Shown: positions 50,652 to 60,157, counted from the whole stretch's first letter. The stretch is 62,427 nucleotides of DNA, filler included, from 8 parts of 8 records of this genome joined end to end with filler, not necessarily neighbours in it, one strand, 5' to 3'. Translations and numbers: made by a program. Notes: a model not told the origin generated them from the sequence alone.

Positions 50652-52373
50652 ATGAAATTCTCAACTCTATTTGCTCCCACATTAAAGGAAGATCCCGCGG
50701 AGGCTGAAGTTATTAGCCACAAGCTGTCGGTTCGCGCCGGCCTTATCCGGAAACTTGCTTCGGGAATATACACTTACCTGCCTTTGGGGCTTAAATCGCT
50801 ACGTAAAACCGAAAATATAATTCGTGAAGAGATGAACAGGGCGGGCGCCCAGGAAATGCTTATGCCGGGCGTGCAGCCCGCCGAGATATGGCGGGAATCC
50901 GGCCGTTGGGTTCAATACGGCAAGGAGCTATTGAGATTCAAGGACCGGCACGATCACGACTGCTGTCTCGGACCGACCCATGAAGAGGTCATTACGGACA
51001 TAGTCCGCAAGGAAATTCGTTCCTATCGCGACATGCCGGTAAATCTTTACCACATTCAGACAAAGTTTCGCGATGAAATCCGGCCCCGCTTCGGATTAAT
51101 GCGTTGCCGTGAATTTATTATGAAAGACGCTTATACTTTTGATATTGACGAAGAAGGCGCGGACAAAAGCTATCGTAACATGTACCAGGCCTATGAAAAG
51201 ATATTTAAAAGATGCGGGCTGCGCTTTACGGCCGTGGAAGCGGACTCGGGAACCATAGGCGGAAGTTATTCCCATGAATTCATGGTCCTGGCCGAAACCG
51301 GAGAGGACGCCATAGTTCACTGTGAAAAATGCGGTTATGCGGCCAATACGGAAAAGGCCGAACTTGCCCCGACAGTTGAGGCCCAGGTTATGGATTCCGA
51401 AGCGCCCGCGTTTTCAAAGGTACTAACCGAAAATATGAAAACTGTGGAAGATGTCACGGCATTTTTAAAAATCGGCCCTGAAGAGTTGATTAAAACAATG
51501 ATTTTCAAGACGGACGACGGCCTGATCGCGGTTCTGATTCGGGGCGACCGTGATGTAAATGAAATAAAGCTGAAAAACCTTGTGGGCGGCGAACCTGAAC
51601 CGGCTGAGGCGGAGTCTGTTAAGGAGCTGACAGGTGCGCCGGTGGGATTCGCAGGACCGGTCGGTTTAAAGACCAGAATCATTGCCGATAACAGCGTCAT
51701 GAGCATGGGACGTGCGGTTGTGGGCGCCAATGAAGCCGATTATCACCTGAAGGATGTCGTACCGGGCCGGGATTTTAAAATAGAGAGCTACCACGACCTG
51801 GGATCGGCCCAAGCCGGAGATCAATGCCCCCGTTGCGACGGAAAATTTGTATTGGAAAGAGGCATTGAAGTCGGTCATGTATTTAAACTGGGACTTAAGT
51901 ATTCAAAATCGATGAACGCGACGTTCCTGGACGCCCAGGGCAAAGAACAGCATATCATCATGGGTTGTTACGGCATCGGCCCCGGACGGACCATGGCCGC
52001 GGCCATTGAGCAGAACCACGATAATAACGGCATCATCTGGCCTATGCCCCTGGCGCCGTTTGAAATTACCGTGCTGCCCTTGCAGGTTCACGACGACGAA
52101 GTGATGCAGGCCGCGACAAAACTGTATGAAAAGCTGTTAGGGTTAGGCCTGGACGCTTTGCTGGACGACCGTGATGAAAGAGCGGGCATCAAGTTCAAGG
52201 ACGCCGACCTGATAGGCATACCGTTAAGACTGGCGGTAAGCAAAAAGACTTTGGCCAATAACCAGGTTGAATTCAAGGCCAGGCAAGGCGGAGAAGTGGA
52301 GATGTTGAACCTTGATGACGCCGCGGAAAAAATGAAGGAAATGCACGACGAAATGATGAAGGGACTAAACTGA
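50652..52373 (+). CDS. proS: Prolyl-tRNA synthetase with INS editing domain
   Basis: GPTHEE, KFRDEIRPRFGLMRCREFIMKDAY, GIEVGHVFKLG, MGCYGIG. Confidence 0.97.
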   Translation: MKFSTLFAPTLKEDPAEAEVISHKLSVRAGLIRKLASGIYTYLPLGLKSLRKTENIIREEMNRAGAQEMLMPGVQPAEIWRESGRWVQYGKELLRFKDRHDHDCCLGPTHEEVITDIVRKEIRSYRDMPVNLYHIQTKFRDEIRPRFGLMRCREFIMKDAYTFDIDEEGADKSYRNMYQAYEKIFKRCGLRFTAVEADSGTIGGSYSHEFMVLAETGEDAIVHCEKCGYAANTEKAELAPTVEAQVMDSEAPAFSKVLTENMKTVEDVTAFLKIGPEELIKTMIFKTDDGLIAVLIRGDRDVNEIKLKNLVGGEPEPAEAESVKELTGAPVGFAGPVGLKTRIIADNSVMSMGRAVVGANEADYHLKDVVPGRDFKIESYHDLGSAQAGDQCPRCDGKFVLERGIEVGHVFKLGLKYSKSMNATFLDAQGKEQHIIMGCYGIGPGRTMAAAIEQNHDNNGIIWPMPLAPFEITVLPLQVHDDEVMQAATKLYEKLLGLGLDALLDDRDERAGIKFKDADLIGIPLRLAVSKKTLANNQVEFKARQGGEVEMLNLDDAAEKMKEMHDEMMKGLN

Positions 52374-52401
52374 GAGGACCAAACAGGGGACGGCCGATAA
52401 T

Positions 52402-54552
52402 TTGCGCAGAATAGAAGATATATTGGAACAGATCAGCGGATATCATCCGCTCGCCGATCTTGAGCTGATCGAGAGATCCTACATTTTTTCGGCCGGCGCC
52501 CACCAGGGGCAGGTTCGCCGTTCAGGCGAGCCTTACCTGAGTCATCCATTGGCGGTGGCCGGCATACTGGCCGATATGAAGTTGGACGTGGCCACGGTAT
52601 CCAGCGGGCTGCTTCACGATACGGTCGAGGACTCTGCGACCACGGTGGATACCATAGGCGAATTGTTCGGCCATGAAGTGGCGGTTATTGTTGACGGCGT
52701 GACAAAAATAAGCCAGATGCAATTTTCCTCCCATGCCGAGCGCCAGGCCGAGAATATGCGCAAGATGATTTTGGCCATGGCCAAGGACATCAGGGTCATA
52801 TTGGTCAAGCTGGCGGACCGGCTTCACAATATGAGGACGCTCGGCTTTATGTCGCCGGAAAAGCAGGTCACGATTTCTGAAGAGACAATAGACATTTATG
52901 CACCTCTGGCCGGCCGCCTGGGCATCCATAAAATCCAGTCCGAACTTGAGGATTTGTGCCTTTTTCACCTGGAGCCCGACACTTATGACGAAATTCGTTC
53001 CGGATTTGCAAGCAAACGGGATGAAAGAGCCGCTTATATCAAGGAAGTTATAGAACTTATAACCGCCAAAATGAGCGAGTTCAGCATTAATTCTCAACTT
53101 GAGGGGCGTCCCAAGCATATTTACAGCATTTACAAAAAAATGCGCGAACAGAATCTGACCATTAACCAGGTCTACGATATTACGGCCTTCAGAATTATTG
53201 TGGAAAGCATCAAGGACTGCTATGCGGCCCTGGGAGTGATTCACAGCATCTTCAAGCCGATTCCCGGACGATTCAAGGATTACATATCCCTTCCGAAAGC
53301 CAATGGATACCAGTCGCTTCACACCGCGGTAATCGGGCCGCGCGCGGAAAGAATGGAAGTTCAGATCAGAACCAAGGACATGCACGTCTATTCTGAAAAC
53401 GGCATTGCGGCCCACTGGCGGTACAAGGAAGGCGACACACTGAGTGAAAACGAAAGCCAGAGATTTGTCTGGCTGCGATCGTTGCTGGAATGGCAAAGAG
53501 ATCTCAAAGACCCGAATGAATTCCTTTCCAGCGTCAGGCAGAGCCTGTTGACTGAAGAATCGTACGTATATGTCTTCACTCCGGCGGGAGACGTGCGCGA
53601 ACTGCCGCGCGACGCCACGCCTGTCGACTTTGCCTACAGCGTGCATACCGAAGTCGGGCATCATTGTATTGGCGGCAAGGTCAACGGCATGATCGTGCCT
53701 TTGAAATACAAGCTCAATAACGGCGACACCGTTGAAATCCTGACTTCCAAGAACAGCGCCCCCAGCAAGGACTGGCTTAATTTTGTAGTAACAACAAAGG
53801 CCCGCAACCGCATTCGTCAATGGTTCAAGGTTGAAGAGCGATCCAGAGCACTTTCCCTGGGCAAGGAAATGCTGGAAAAAGAGTTCCGAAAAGAAAGCCT
53901 CAGTTATAGCCAGATGAGCAAAAGCGGTGAAATTGAAAGCGTGGCCAAGGAATTCTCTCTGGTCTCTCAGGATGACCTTATTGCAACCGTCGGTTTTGGA
54001 AAAATCAGCGCTCGCCAGGTGGTGGGTAAAATCAAGCGACTCGGCGACAGCGGACCTTCGCTCATGGAAAGAATGGTTCGCAGTATTCGCAAACGCCCCA
54101 AAGACGGTATCAAGGTCAGAGGGGTGGACGATATTTTGGTCAGATTCGCCGGTTGCTGCAATCCACTGCCCGGTGAGGAAATTGTCGGTTATATCACCCA
54201 GGGAAGGGGCGTAACCATTCATTCAGCAAGGTGCAAAACCCTGGCCCAGGCCGACCCTCAAAGGAGGGTGGATGTAGAATGGGAAAATGAAAAAGGGCTG
54301 ACCTATCCCGTGCGTATTCAGGTGGTGGCCAAGGACAGGCCTGGAATTCTGGCCGAACTGAGCGGGGCCATAGCGGAAGCTAAAGCCAATATAACCCAGG
54401 CTTCCGTGGAAGTGACCGTGGACAACAAGGCGGTGGACAATTTTACAATCGAAGTTACAAGCAAGGATCACCTTAGGCGGGTTATAAACAATTTGAAAAA
54501 GCTCAAGTGGGTTGAGAGGGTTAAGAGGATTGGGCAGCATAGCGCCATTTAG
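52402..54552 (+). CDS. rel: Bifunctional (p)ppGpp synthetase/hydrolase, long RSH (TTG start)
   Basis: Intact HD motif LLHDTVED, KLADRLHNMRT, GRPKH, NGYQSLHT, EVQIRT; TGS, CC and ACT domains. Confidence 0.95.
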   Translation: MRRIEDILEQISGYHPLADLELIERSYIFSAGAHQGQVRRSGEPYLSHPLAVAGILADMKLDVATVSSGLLHDTVEDSATTVDTIGELFGHEVAVIVDGVTKISQMQFSSHAERQAENMRKMILAMAKDIRVILVKLADRLHNMRTLGFMSPEKQVTISEETIDIYAPLAGRLGIHKIQSELEDLCLFHLEPDTYDEIRSGFASKRDERAAYIKEVIELITAKMSEFSINSQLEGRPKHIYSIYKKMREQNLTINQVYDITAFRIIVESIKDCYAALGVIHSIFKPIPGRFKDYISLPKANGYQSLHTAVIGPRAERMEVQIRTKDMHVYSENGIAAHWRYKEGDTLSENESQRFVWLRSLLEWQRDLKDPNEFLSSVRQSLLTEESYVYVFTPAGDVRELPRDATPVDFAYSVHTEVGHHCIGGKVNGMIVPLKYKLNNGDTVEILTSKNSAPSKDWLNFVVTTKARNRIRQWFKVEERSRALSLGKEMLEKEFRKESLSYSQMSKSGEIESVAKEFSLVSQDDLIATVGFGKISARQVVGKIKRLGDSGPSLMERMVRSIRKRPKDGIKVRGVDDILVRFAGCCNPLPGEEIVGYITQGRGVTIHSARCKTLAQADPQRRVDVEWENEKGLTYPVRIQVVAKDRPGILAELSGAIAEAKANITQASVEVTVDNKAVDNFTIEVTSKDHLRRVINNLKKLKWVERVKRIGQHSAI

Positions 54553-54752
54553 CGTCAACCATAAATAGTTATTTTTTCCAATCTCTTTGTCGAGCTCGGT
54601 TTTTAATCCTCAACATATGTTTTCAGTCAGCCTATGGGCTGACAGTCAGATTATTAGTTTTCGCTATGCGAAAACCAATTATATATGCCTGCGGTTAAAA
54701 ATCTCGCTCTCCTCGACCTTGAAAAAAAATTCCTTATTTATGGCAAGACGCT
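54551..54752. mobile_element. MITE-like ~200 bp palindromic element
   Basis: Terminal IRs AGCGTCAACCATAAATA / TATTTATGGCAAGACGCT, nested inner IRs, no ORF. Confidence 0.65.
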
Positions 54753-54784
54753 TCTAAATTGCTTTGAGAAGACTCAAAAAACGG

Positions 54785-54832
54785 AAAAAAAGGCGCACTG
54801 AAGGAATATTTTTCCTTCGGGGCGTTTTTTTT
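54785..54832. terminator. Bidirectional intrinsic terminator
   Basis: A-tract, GGCGC.CTGAAGGA / TCCTTCGG.GCGTT stem, T-tract. Confidence 0.7.
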
Positions 54833-54872
54833 GTAGTAAGGCCGTACAAGAAAGTGAAAAAAACAGTTAGAT

Positions 54873-54923
54873 TTAGCGAAGCGTAACCCAACACCCTGAA
54901 TTCGTTGGATTACGCTACGCCAA
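54873..54923. repeat. Inverted REP-like doublet
   Basis: TTAGCGAAGCGTAACCCAAC and GTTGGATTACGCTACGCCAA are reverse complements with 3 mismatches. Confidence 0.65.
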
Positions 54924-54953
54924 CCCTACCTAAATAAAACTGAAAAGGCGATT

Positions 54954-55361
54954 TTATTCACACAAGGGCGGGCATATGGTCGAAGGACGCATCGCCATGA
55001 AAAACCCTGCTTTTGTCTTTATTACCAGTATATTACGTACTGTTCTTTCCCAGGGGCTCTTGTCCTTGGTCGTCCAGGGAACCCTGTATCGCGCTTCGTA
55101 TTCGACGCATACGCAGTATAATTCCTGGGGATCGTGTTGCTGAACAAATGCTTTTGTGGGAACTATGGGTTGGACTCGAATGGTCGCCGGTTCCCTGACT
55201 TCCCACATTGTACTCTCTTTGTACGAATTATACAGACCCAGTATTGCAGCCCTTTCCACGGGATTGTCCGGCAGGTCGGGGTCGTCCATACTATTGTCGC
55301 AGCCGGAAAAAGTCATGACTAACAGGCAAATCAACATCAGCGCTGTGACACTTGCTTTCAT
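54954..55361 (-). CDS. Hypothetical lipoprotein
   Basis: Lipobox FSGC, GGAGG RBS, four further Cys residues. Confidence 0.75.
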   Translation of the reverse strand: MKASVTALMLICLLVMTFSGCDNSMDDPDLPDNPVERAAILGLYNSYKESTMWEVREPATIRVQPIVPTKAFVQQHDPQELYCVCVEYEARYRVPWTTKDKSPWERTVRNILVIKTKAGFFMAMRPSTICPPLCE

Positions 55362-55584
55362 TTATTATCCTCCGCAGGAGATAGTACTATATCAAAAGCG
55401 AACCCGCGCTTCAATCTCCCATAAAATTTCTTAGCAAACCCAAGGCCAAAAAACAGAGCTCGACGCTGATTACTTTTACTTGGCCGGCTTGTTATGATAT
55501 TCTTTTAAAATATATTTCATTCAAACAAGACAAAAAGTGCGTTTGGCCGACTTTTTATAACATTTTGGGCTGCATGGAGACAAC

Positions 55585-56094
55585 ATGAGCATCATAATCA
55601 ACGAGAAGCATTGTTTTTATCCCGATCGATTCGAATATTTGACCCCCGCCCAATGGGGTTTAAGCTATAGCCAACTGGATATACCCGGCACAGGCGGAAT
55701 CCGGTTGACAGGTTGGCATATTCTTCCGGCGGACGGCGTTGAACCGAAAGGAAAAACAATACTTCATCTTCACGGCAACGCCCAGAATATGACAGCTCAT
55801 TTACTAGGTTCTTATTTTTTGGCTCTTGAAGGGTTCCGCCTGGTGACATTCGACTATCGAGGTTACGGCAGGAGCACCGGGGAACCTACGCTGGAGGGTA
55901 TAATTGATGACGGCCGCAGCGCCGTAAGATACCTTTTCGACAATCCTCCGGCCCCTGATGAGCCTTTGGTTTTGTTTGGCCAATCCATGGGCGCTTTCAC
56001 CGCTGCCAATTTGGCGCCTGAATTTCCAATGCTTGACAGAATCATACTTGAGGCGGGCCTCATATCCTTTCGCGATCTTTTCAATGAAGCATAC
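55585..56094 (+). CDS. Alpha/beta hydrolase, 3' truncated
   Basis: HLHGNAQN, FDYRGYGRS, GQSMG nucleophile elbow. Confidence 0.9.
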
Positions 56095-56194
56095 NNNNNN
56101 NNNNNNNNNNNNNNNNNNNNNNNNNNNNNNNNNNNNNNTTAATTAATTAANNNNNNNNNNNNNNNNNNNNNNNNNNNNNNNNNNNNNNNNNNNN
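56095..56194. other. Artificial contig spacer
   Basis: N44-TTAATTAATTAA-N44. Confidence 0.99.
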
Positions 56195-56295
56195 ACCACC
56201 TCGCAGCCGTATTCGTCCTGCAGCCAACGCAGGATGACCGATGTGTCCAATCCGCCCGAGTAGGCCAGCACGGCCTTCTTGACTTCGCCTTTCAT
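56195..56295 (-). CDS. argG: Argininosuccinate synthase, N-terminus (truncated; absent from ORF track)
   Basis: Manual translation [33 protein letters not shown]. Confidence 0.93.
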
Positions 56296-56410
56296 GGTTT
56301 TCACGCCTTTGATTTTCTTGGGGACATAAGAGGCGCGCAGTATAGGAAATAACGCGCGCCGGGCAAGCGCCGCATGAACGGACTTTTCGAACGATGGAAA
56401 CCTGAAAAAA

Positions 56411-57538
56411 TCAGCCGCCGGGCGCGGCGTGGTCGTCCTCGATGCCGGCGGCCAGACGAGCCTTGTGCTGGCTCAGGCGTTCGCGTTCGGTTTCCGAGCG
56501 CAACTGCCCGCATGCGGCCATGATATCGCGGCCGCGCGGCACGCGAATCGGCGCCGAATAACCGGCGTCGTTCAGGATCTCGGAAAACCGCTTCATGTCG
56601 GCGGCCTTCGAACACTGATAGGTCGCACCCGGCCAGGGATTGAAGGGGATCAGGTTGAACTTGGCCGGAATGCCCTTGACCAGGCGGGTCAGCGCGTGGG
56701 CGTCGGCCGCCGAGTCGTTGATGCCCTTCAGCATGACATATTCGAACGTGATGCGGCGCGCGTTATCGGCGCCGGGATAGGTGCGGCAGGCTTCCATCAG
56801 GTCGGCCAGCGGGTACTTCTTGTTGATCGGCATGATCACGTCCCGCAGCTCGTCGGTGACGGCGTGCAGGCTGATCGCCAGCTTAACGCCCAATTCCTCG
56901 CCGCAGCGCCTGATCAGCGGCACGACGCCGGAGGTGGACAGGGTGATGCGGCGCTTCGAAATGGCGATGCCTTCAGGATCCATGATAATGCGCAGCGCCT
57001 TGGCCACCGCGTCGTAGTTCATCAGCGGTTCGCCCATGCCCATGACGACGATGTTCGACAACAGCCGCCCGCCCTTAGGCGCCGGCCATTCGCCGCAGGA
57101 ATCGCGCGCCACCATCAACTGACCGACGATTTCGCCGGCGCTCAGGTTGCGGACCAGAAGTTGTCTTCCGGTGTGGCAGAACTTGCAGGTCAGCGTGCAG
57201 CCGACCTGGGTCGAGACGCACAGCGCGCCGCGGTCCTCTTCCGGAATGAACACGCATTCGGCTTCGTGGTTTTGCGCGAACTTGAGCAGCCATTTGCGCG
57301 ACGTGTCGTCGGATATGAGCTCGCGCGTCACCTTGGGCCTATCGACCGTGAAATTTTCGGCCAGGCGGGCCCTGAAATCCTTGGCCAGGGTTGTCATGTC
57401 GGCAAAATCGGTGGCGCCGCGGTGATAGATCCAGTGCCACACCTGCTTGGTGCGGAACGGCTTTTCGCCCATTTCCGCCAGCAGCGCGCCCAGTTCGTCG
57501 CGATCCAGGCCGATCAGGTTGGTTTTTTCCGATGTCAT
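56411..57538 (-). CDS. rlmN: 23S rRNA/tRNA m2A radical SAM methyltransferase
   Basis: [53 protein letters not shown]. Confidence 0.97.
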   Translation of the reverse strand: MTSEKTNLIGLDRDELGALLAEMGEKPFRTKQVWHWIYHRGATDFADMTTLAKDFRARLAENFTVDRPKVTRELISDDTSRKWLLKFAQNHEAECVFIPEEDRGALCVSTQVGCTLTCKFCHTGRQLLVRNLSAGEIVGQLMVARDSCGEWPAPKGGRLLSNIVVMGMGEPLMNYDAVAKALRIIMDPEGIAISKRRITLSTSGVVPLIRRCGEELGVKLAISLHAVTDELRDVIMPINKKYPLADLMEACRTYPGADNARRITFEYVMLKGINDSAADAHALTRLVKGIPAKFNLIPFNPWPGATYQCSKAADMKRFSEILNDAGYSAPIRVPRGRDIMAACGQLRSETERERLSQHKARLAAGIEDDHAAPGG

Positions 57539-57679
57539 GACGGGAGAGATAGAGCGATTCGCGCCGGTTCGCCAATCAAATCGATGATTTTCGAAAGCAG
57601 CGCGGCGGCCGGGGCGCCATCAGGGAGGAGGCTTGGGGGAGGTTGGCGCCGGCCGGCCGCCGGCTTCGAGTCATCTCGT

Positions 57680-58186
57680 TCAACGGCCTTTCGATTGGCC
57701 GCATTTGGCCGATCTGTAAAAACGGGCGCTGCCGTTGCGGGCCGGCTTGATGCCGCCGACAAGCTCGACGTCGCCGATCATGGTGCGCCCCAATGCCCGG
57801 TTGGCGGCATCGGTCAGCCGTTTTTTCAGATCTTCCGTCTGTATTTGGACGGATTTGCGAAACTTGATCGGATGGCGATGCAGGGTCGTCATGAAGGCGT
57901 CCATGATGCGCGGCGACAGCCAGCAGATCTCGTCGATCTGGACGCCGTCGGCAAGGGACAGCAGCGGCGTTACGGCGGCGGCGCCGCCGCGCCCGTCGGC
58001 TTGCCTGATCGGCGCCATGAAAGCGGAAAGCTGAACCTGGGAAACGGCCGCGCCGGGGCTGGGCGTAACCGCCGACAGGGCCGGCGCCGCGGCGACAACG
58101 ACCAGGGAAAGCCCCAGCAACAGTGCTGCCGCGATTGCCGGTATCGGATTTCGAAGGGTTAGCCGTATCGTCCGTGTCGCCGTCAT
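57680..58186 (-). CDS. Exported hypothetical protein, FliL-like
   Basis: ATG 58186, N-terminal hydrophobic segment, PRIMDAF...LKKRL..AANRALG...DV pattern reminiscent of FliL. Confidence 0.5.
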   Translation of the reverse strand: MTATRTIRLTLRNPIPAIAAALLLGLSLVVVAAAPALSAVTPSPGAAVSQVQLSAFMAPIRQADGRGGAAAVTPLLSLADGVQIDEICWLSPRIMDAFMTTLHRHPIKFRKSVQIQTEDLKKRLTDAANRALGRTMIGDVELVGGIKPARNGSARFYRSAKCGQSKGR

Positions 58187-58480
58187 TTTTCTGGACCGTC
58201 CCTGCCGGTTGCCAAGGTGTGATAACGGCAATACAGGGGCAATCGCCGTGCCAGATCGCCGGGCAGGGACAGTCCGTTGATTTTATTGAGTATCGACCGC
58301 GATCAAGCCGGGCCGCGGCAGGGGGTGGACGGTGATTTTTCGCAGATTGCGACGCAGGTTTGAAAAAACTTTAGGAAAAATGCGGCCTAATTATTACGGT
58401 ATCTACAACAAGCTGTTGTACCGATTGACTCCGATGACGATGTCTGATTCTCTTTGATGATCGATATTGGAGGCCTGCAA

Positions 58481-59002
58481 ATGGTGATTCTGAGCACGAT
58501 AGGATACGAAAAGGCCTCGATCGAAGACTTTCTGGAAACTTTAAAAGTCGCCGGCGTCAACGTTCTCGTCGACGTTCGACAACTCCCAATTTCACGGCGA
58601 AAAGGCTTTTCGAAAAAGAAGCTTGGTTTGTCGTTGGAATCAGTCGGAATAAGATATGTCCATCTTGTTGGTCTGGGCGATCCAAAGGAGGGAAGGATTG
58701 CCGCGAAAGAGGGACGTTACGACGATTTCATTCAAGTATTTACCCAGCATATGAAAACGACGGAAGCCAAAGCGGACCTCCTTGTGGCGGCCGATCTTGC
58801 CGAGTCCGGGCATGTTTGCCTCATGTGTTACGAGCGGGATCACGCTTCCTGCCACCGGAAGTTGTTGGCAGAATCGATTTCGAGTATGATTGGTGCAAGT
58901 ATTCAGCCTTTGGGCATTCGAGAAGGCTTGGCGAAAAATGAACGTAAAACAAGGTCGAGAGAAGACCTTGATACTCGTGAAGGCACTTCCGCACATTGGT
59001 GA
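58481..59002 (+). CDS. DUF488-family protein
   Basis: GGAGG RBS 7 nt before ATG 58481; TIGY, LVDVR..P.S...GF, Y.HL..LG, LMCYE.....CHR. Confidence 0.88.
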   Translation: MVILSTIGYEKASIEDFLETLKVAGVNVLVDVRQLPISRRKGFSKKKLGLSLESVGIRYVHLVGLGDPKEGRIAAKEGRYDDFIQVFTQHMKTTEAKADLLVAADLAESGHVCLMCYERDHASCHRKLLAESISSMIGASIQPLGIREGLAKNERKTRSREDLDTREGTSAHW

Positions 59003-59702
59003 CAAGCATGGTGAAACTGTTTGTTGCGCAGGGGTAACTGAAAACGGTTCTTGGCGACGCCTGTTTCCCGTTGTTTTCAGGTCTCTTGAAACAGAAAAAC
59101 AATTCAAACGATGGCAATGGGTTGAATATGATTGGCGGGTGCCTCGTGACGATAGGCGACCGGAAAGCCGAAGAATTCAGGAAAACTCGATCAATATCCT
59201 TCGGGAAATTCCCAAGAACGAAAGACCCGGGTTTTTAAACCCTTGCGTAGTGCCGACACCGGAAAGAGCAGAGAAAGGCGGAAAAACCCTGGTGCTGGTT
59301 CGACCGGTCGATTCCCACTTCCACTGGAAACCAAAGCCGACCGAAACGATAGAAGACGAGCGCCAAGCGTTTGAGCGTGCCGCTCGGCAGTATTCGTTTT
59401 TCTCCTCAGGCCGCAAAAAGTGGGAGCCATGTCCCTTTAGTTTTCATTTTTCTTATAGACTGGTCGATGGAAAGATACGGAATGCGACCTGTGACGATTG
59501 GGAAACCGCCGCGACTTTCTACAAATATCGAAAGAAATATGGTGAATCCGAAGCGCTACGTGTGATGGACGAGCGATTCAATCAGGACTATCCGAAAAAT
59601 GGGATGGTATTTGCCATGGGAACGCATTCGCGATTCCCGAACACGTGGTTGTTGGTCGGCGTCATACGCCTCGATCCGCTGAATCAATTGTCTCTTATTT
59701 GA
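58938..59702 (+). CDS. Conserved uncharacterised protein, DUF488 partner
   Basis: ATG 58938 overlapping the DUF488 3' end; LILVKALP, ETVCCAG, WRRLFPV, DDRRPES, DWE, FAMGTH. Confidence 0.8.
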   Translation: MNVKQGREKTLILVKALPHIGDKHGETVCCAGVTENGSWRRLFPVVFRSLETEKQFKRWQWVEYDWRVPRDDRRPESRRIQENSINILREIPKNERPGFLNPCVVPTPERAEKGGKTLVLVRPVDSHFHWKPKPTETIEDERQAFERAARQYSFFSSGRKKWEPCPFSFHFSYRLVDGKIRNATCDDWETAATFYKYRKKYGESEALRVMDERFNQDYPKNGMVFAMGTHSRFPNTWLLVGVIRLDPLNQLSLI

Positions 59703-59929
59703 GAAGCTTGACGAAACCGAAAATTGACTGAACTAACAACAAAATCCGCGAGTTCAGCAGTATCCATATGCCCTATACGTGTCCATTCCTCTGGTCCGTT
59801 TGGAAGTTCACATTCCGCTGGCTCTCTGTATCCATAGATATCACAACCTTCGGCCTTCCAAGGGTAGTCAGTCCAAACCGGGATACCCTTGTAGATATAC
59901 ACTTTTTTGAATTTTGGATAGTTGCTCAT
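59684..59929 (-). CDS. Small hypothetical protein (81 aa)
   Basis: AAGGAGG RBS 8 nt before ATG 59929; convergent, 19-nt tail overlap with the partner gene. Confidence 0.6.
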   Translation of the reverse strand: MSNYPKFKKVYIYKGIPVWTDYPWKAEGCDIYGYREPAECELPNGPEEWTRIGHMDTAELADFVVSSVNFRFRQASQIRDN

Positions 59930-60157
59930 GACAGAGTCCTCCTTAGAAAATAACTCTTGAGGACTCAACTGCTTCGCAGAATCTTGCCAACTTGTTCCGA
60001 ACAAAACAACGGAAACGAAACAAGAACATCAAGAAAAAACATATTGCAATGCAGATTATTTGTGGAAATCACTCTTAATAAATGGCGGAATTTACTGAGA
60101 TAACTAATATCCCGGCCAATACGAACTATCTCTCATAAGGTTGTTCATGAGACTAGT

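Noticed and set aside
52522-54222. 566-aa minus-strand ORF
   Set aside because: Antisense shadow of rel.
56429-58162. 577-aa plus-strand ORF
   Set aside because: Antisense shadow of rlmN and its neighbour, caused by GC codon bias.
58340-60155. Calling the DUF488 insert a transposon or prophage
   Set aside because: No recombinase, terminal repeats or target-site duplication seen; only composition and orientation indicate foreign origin.
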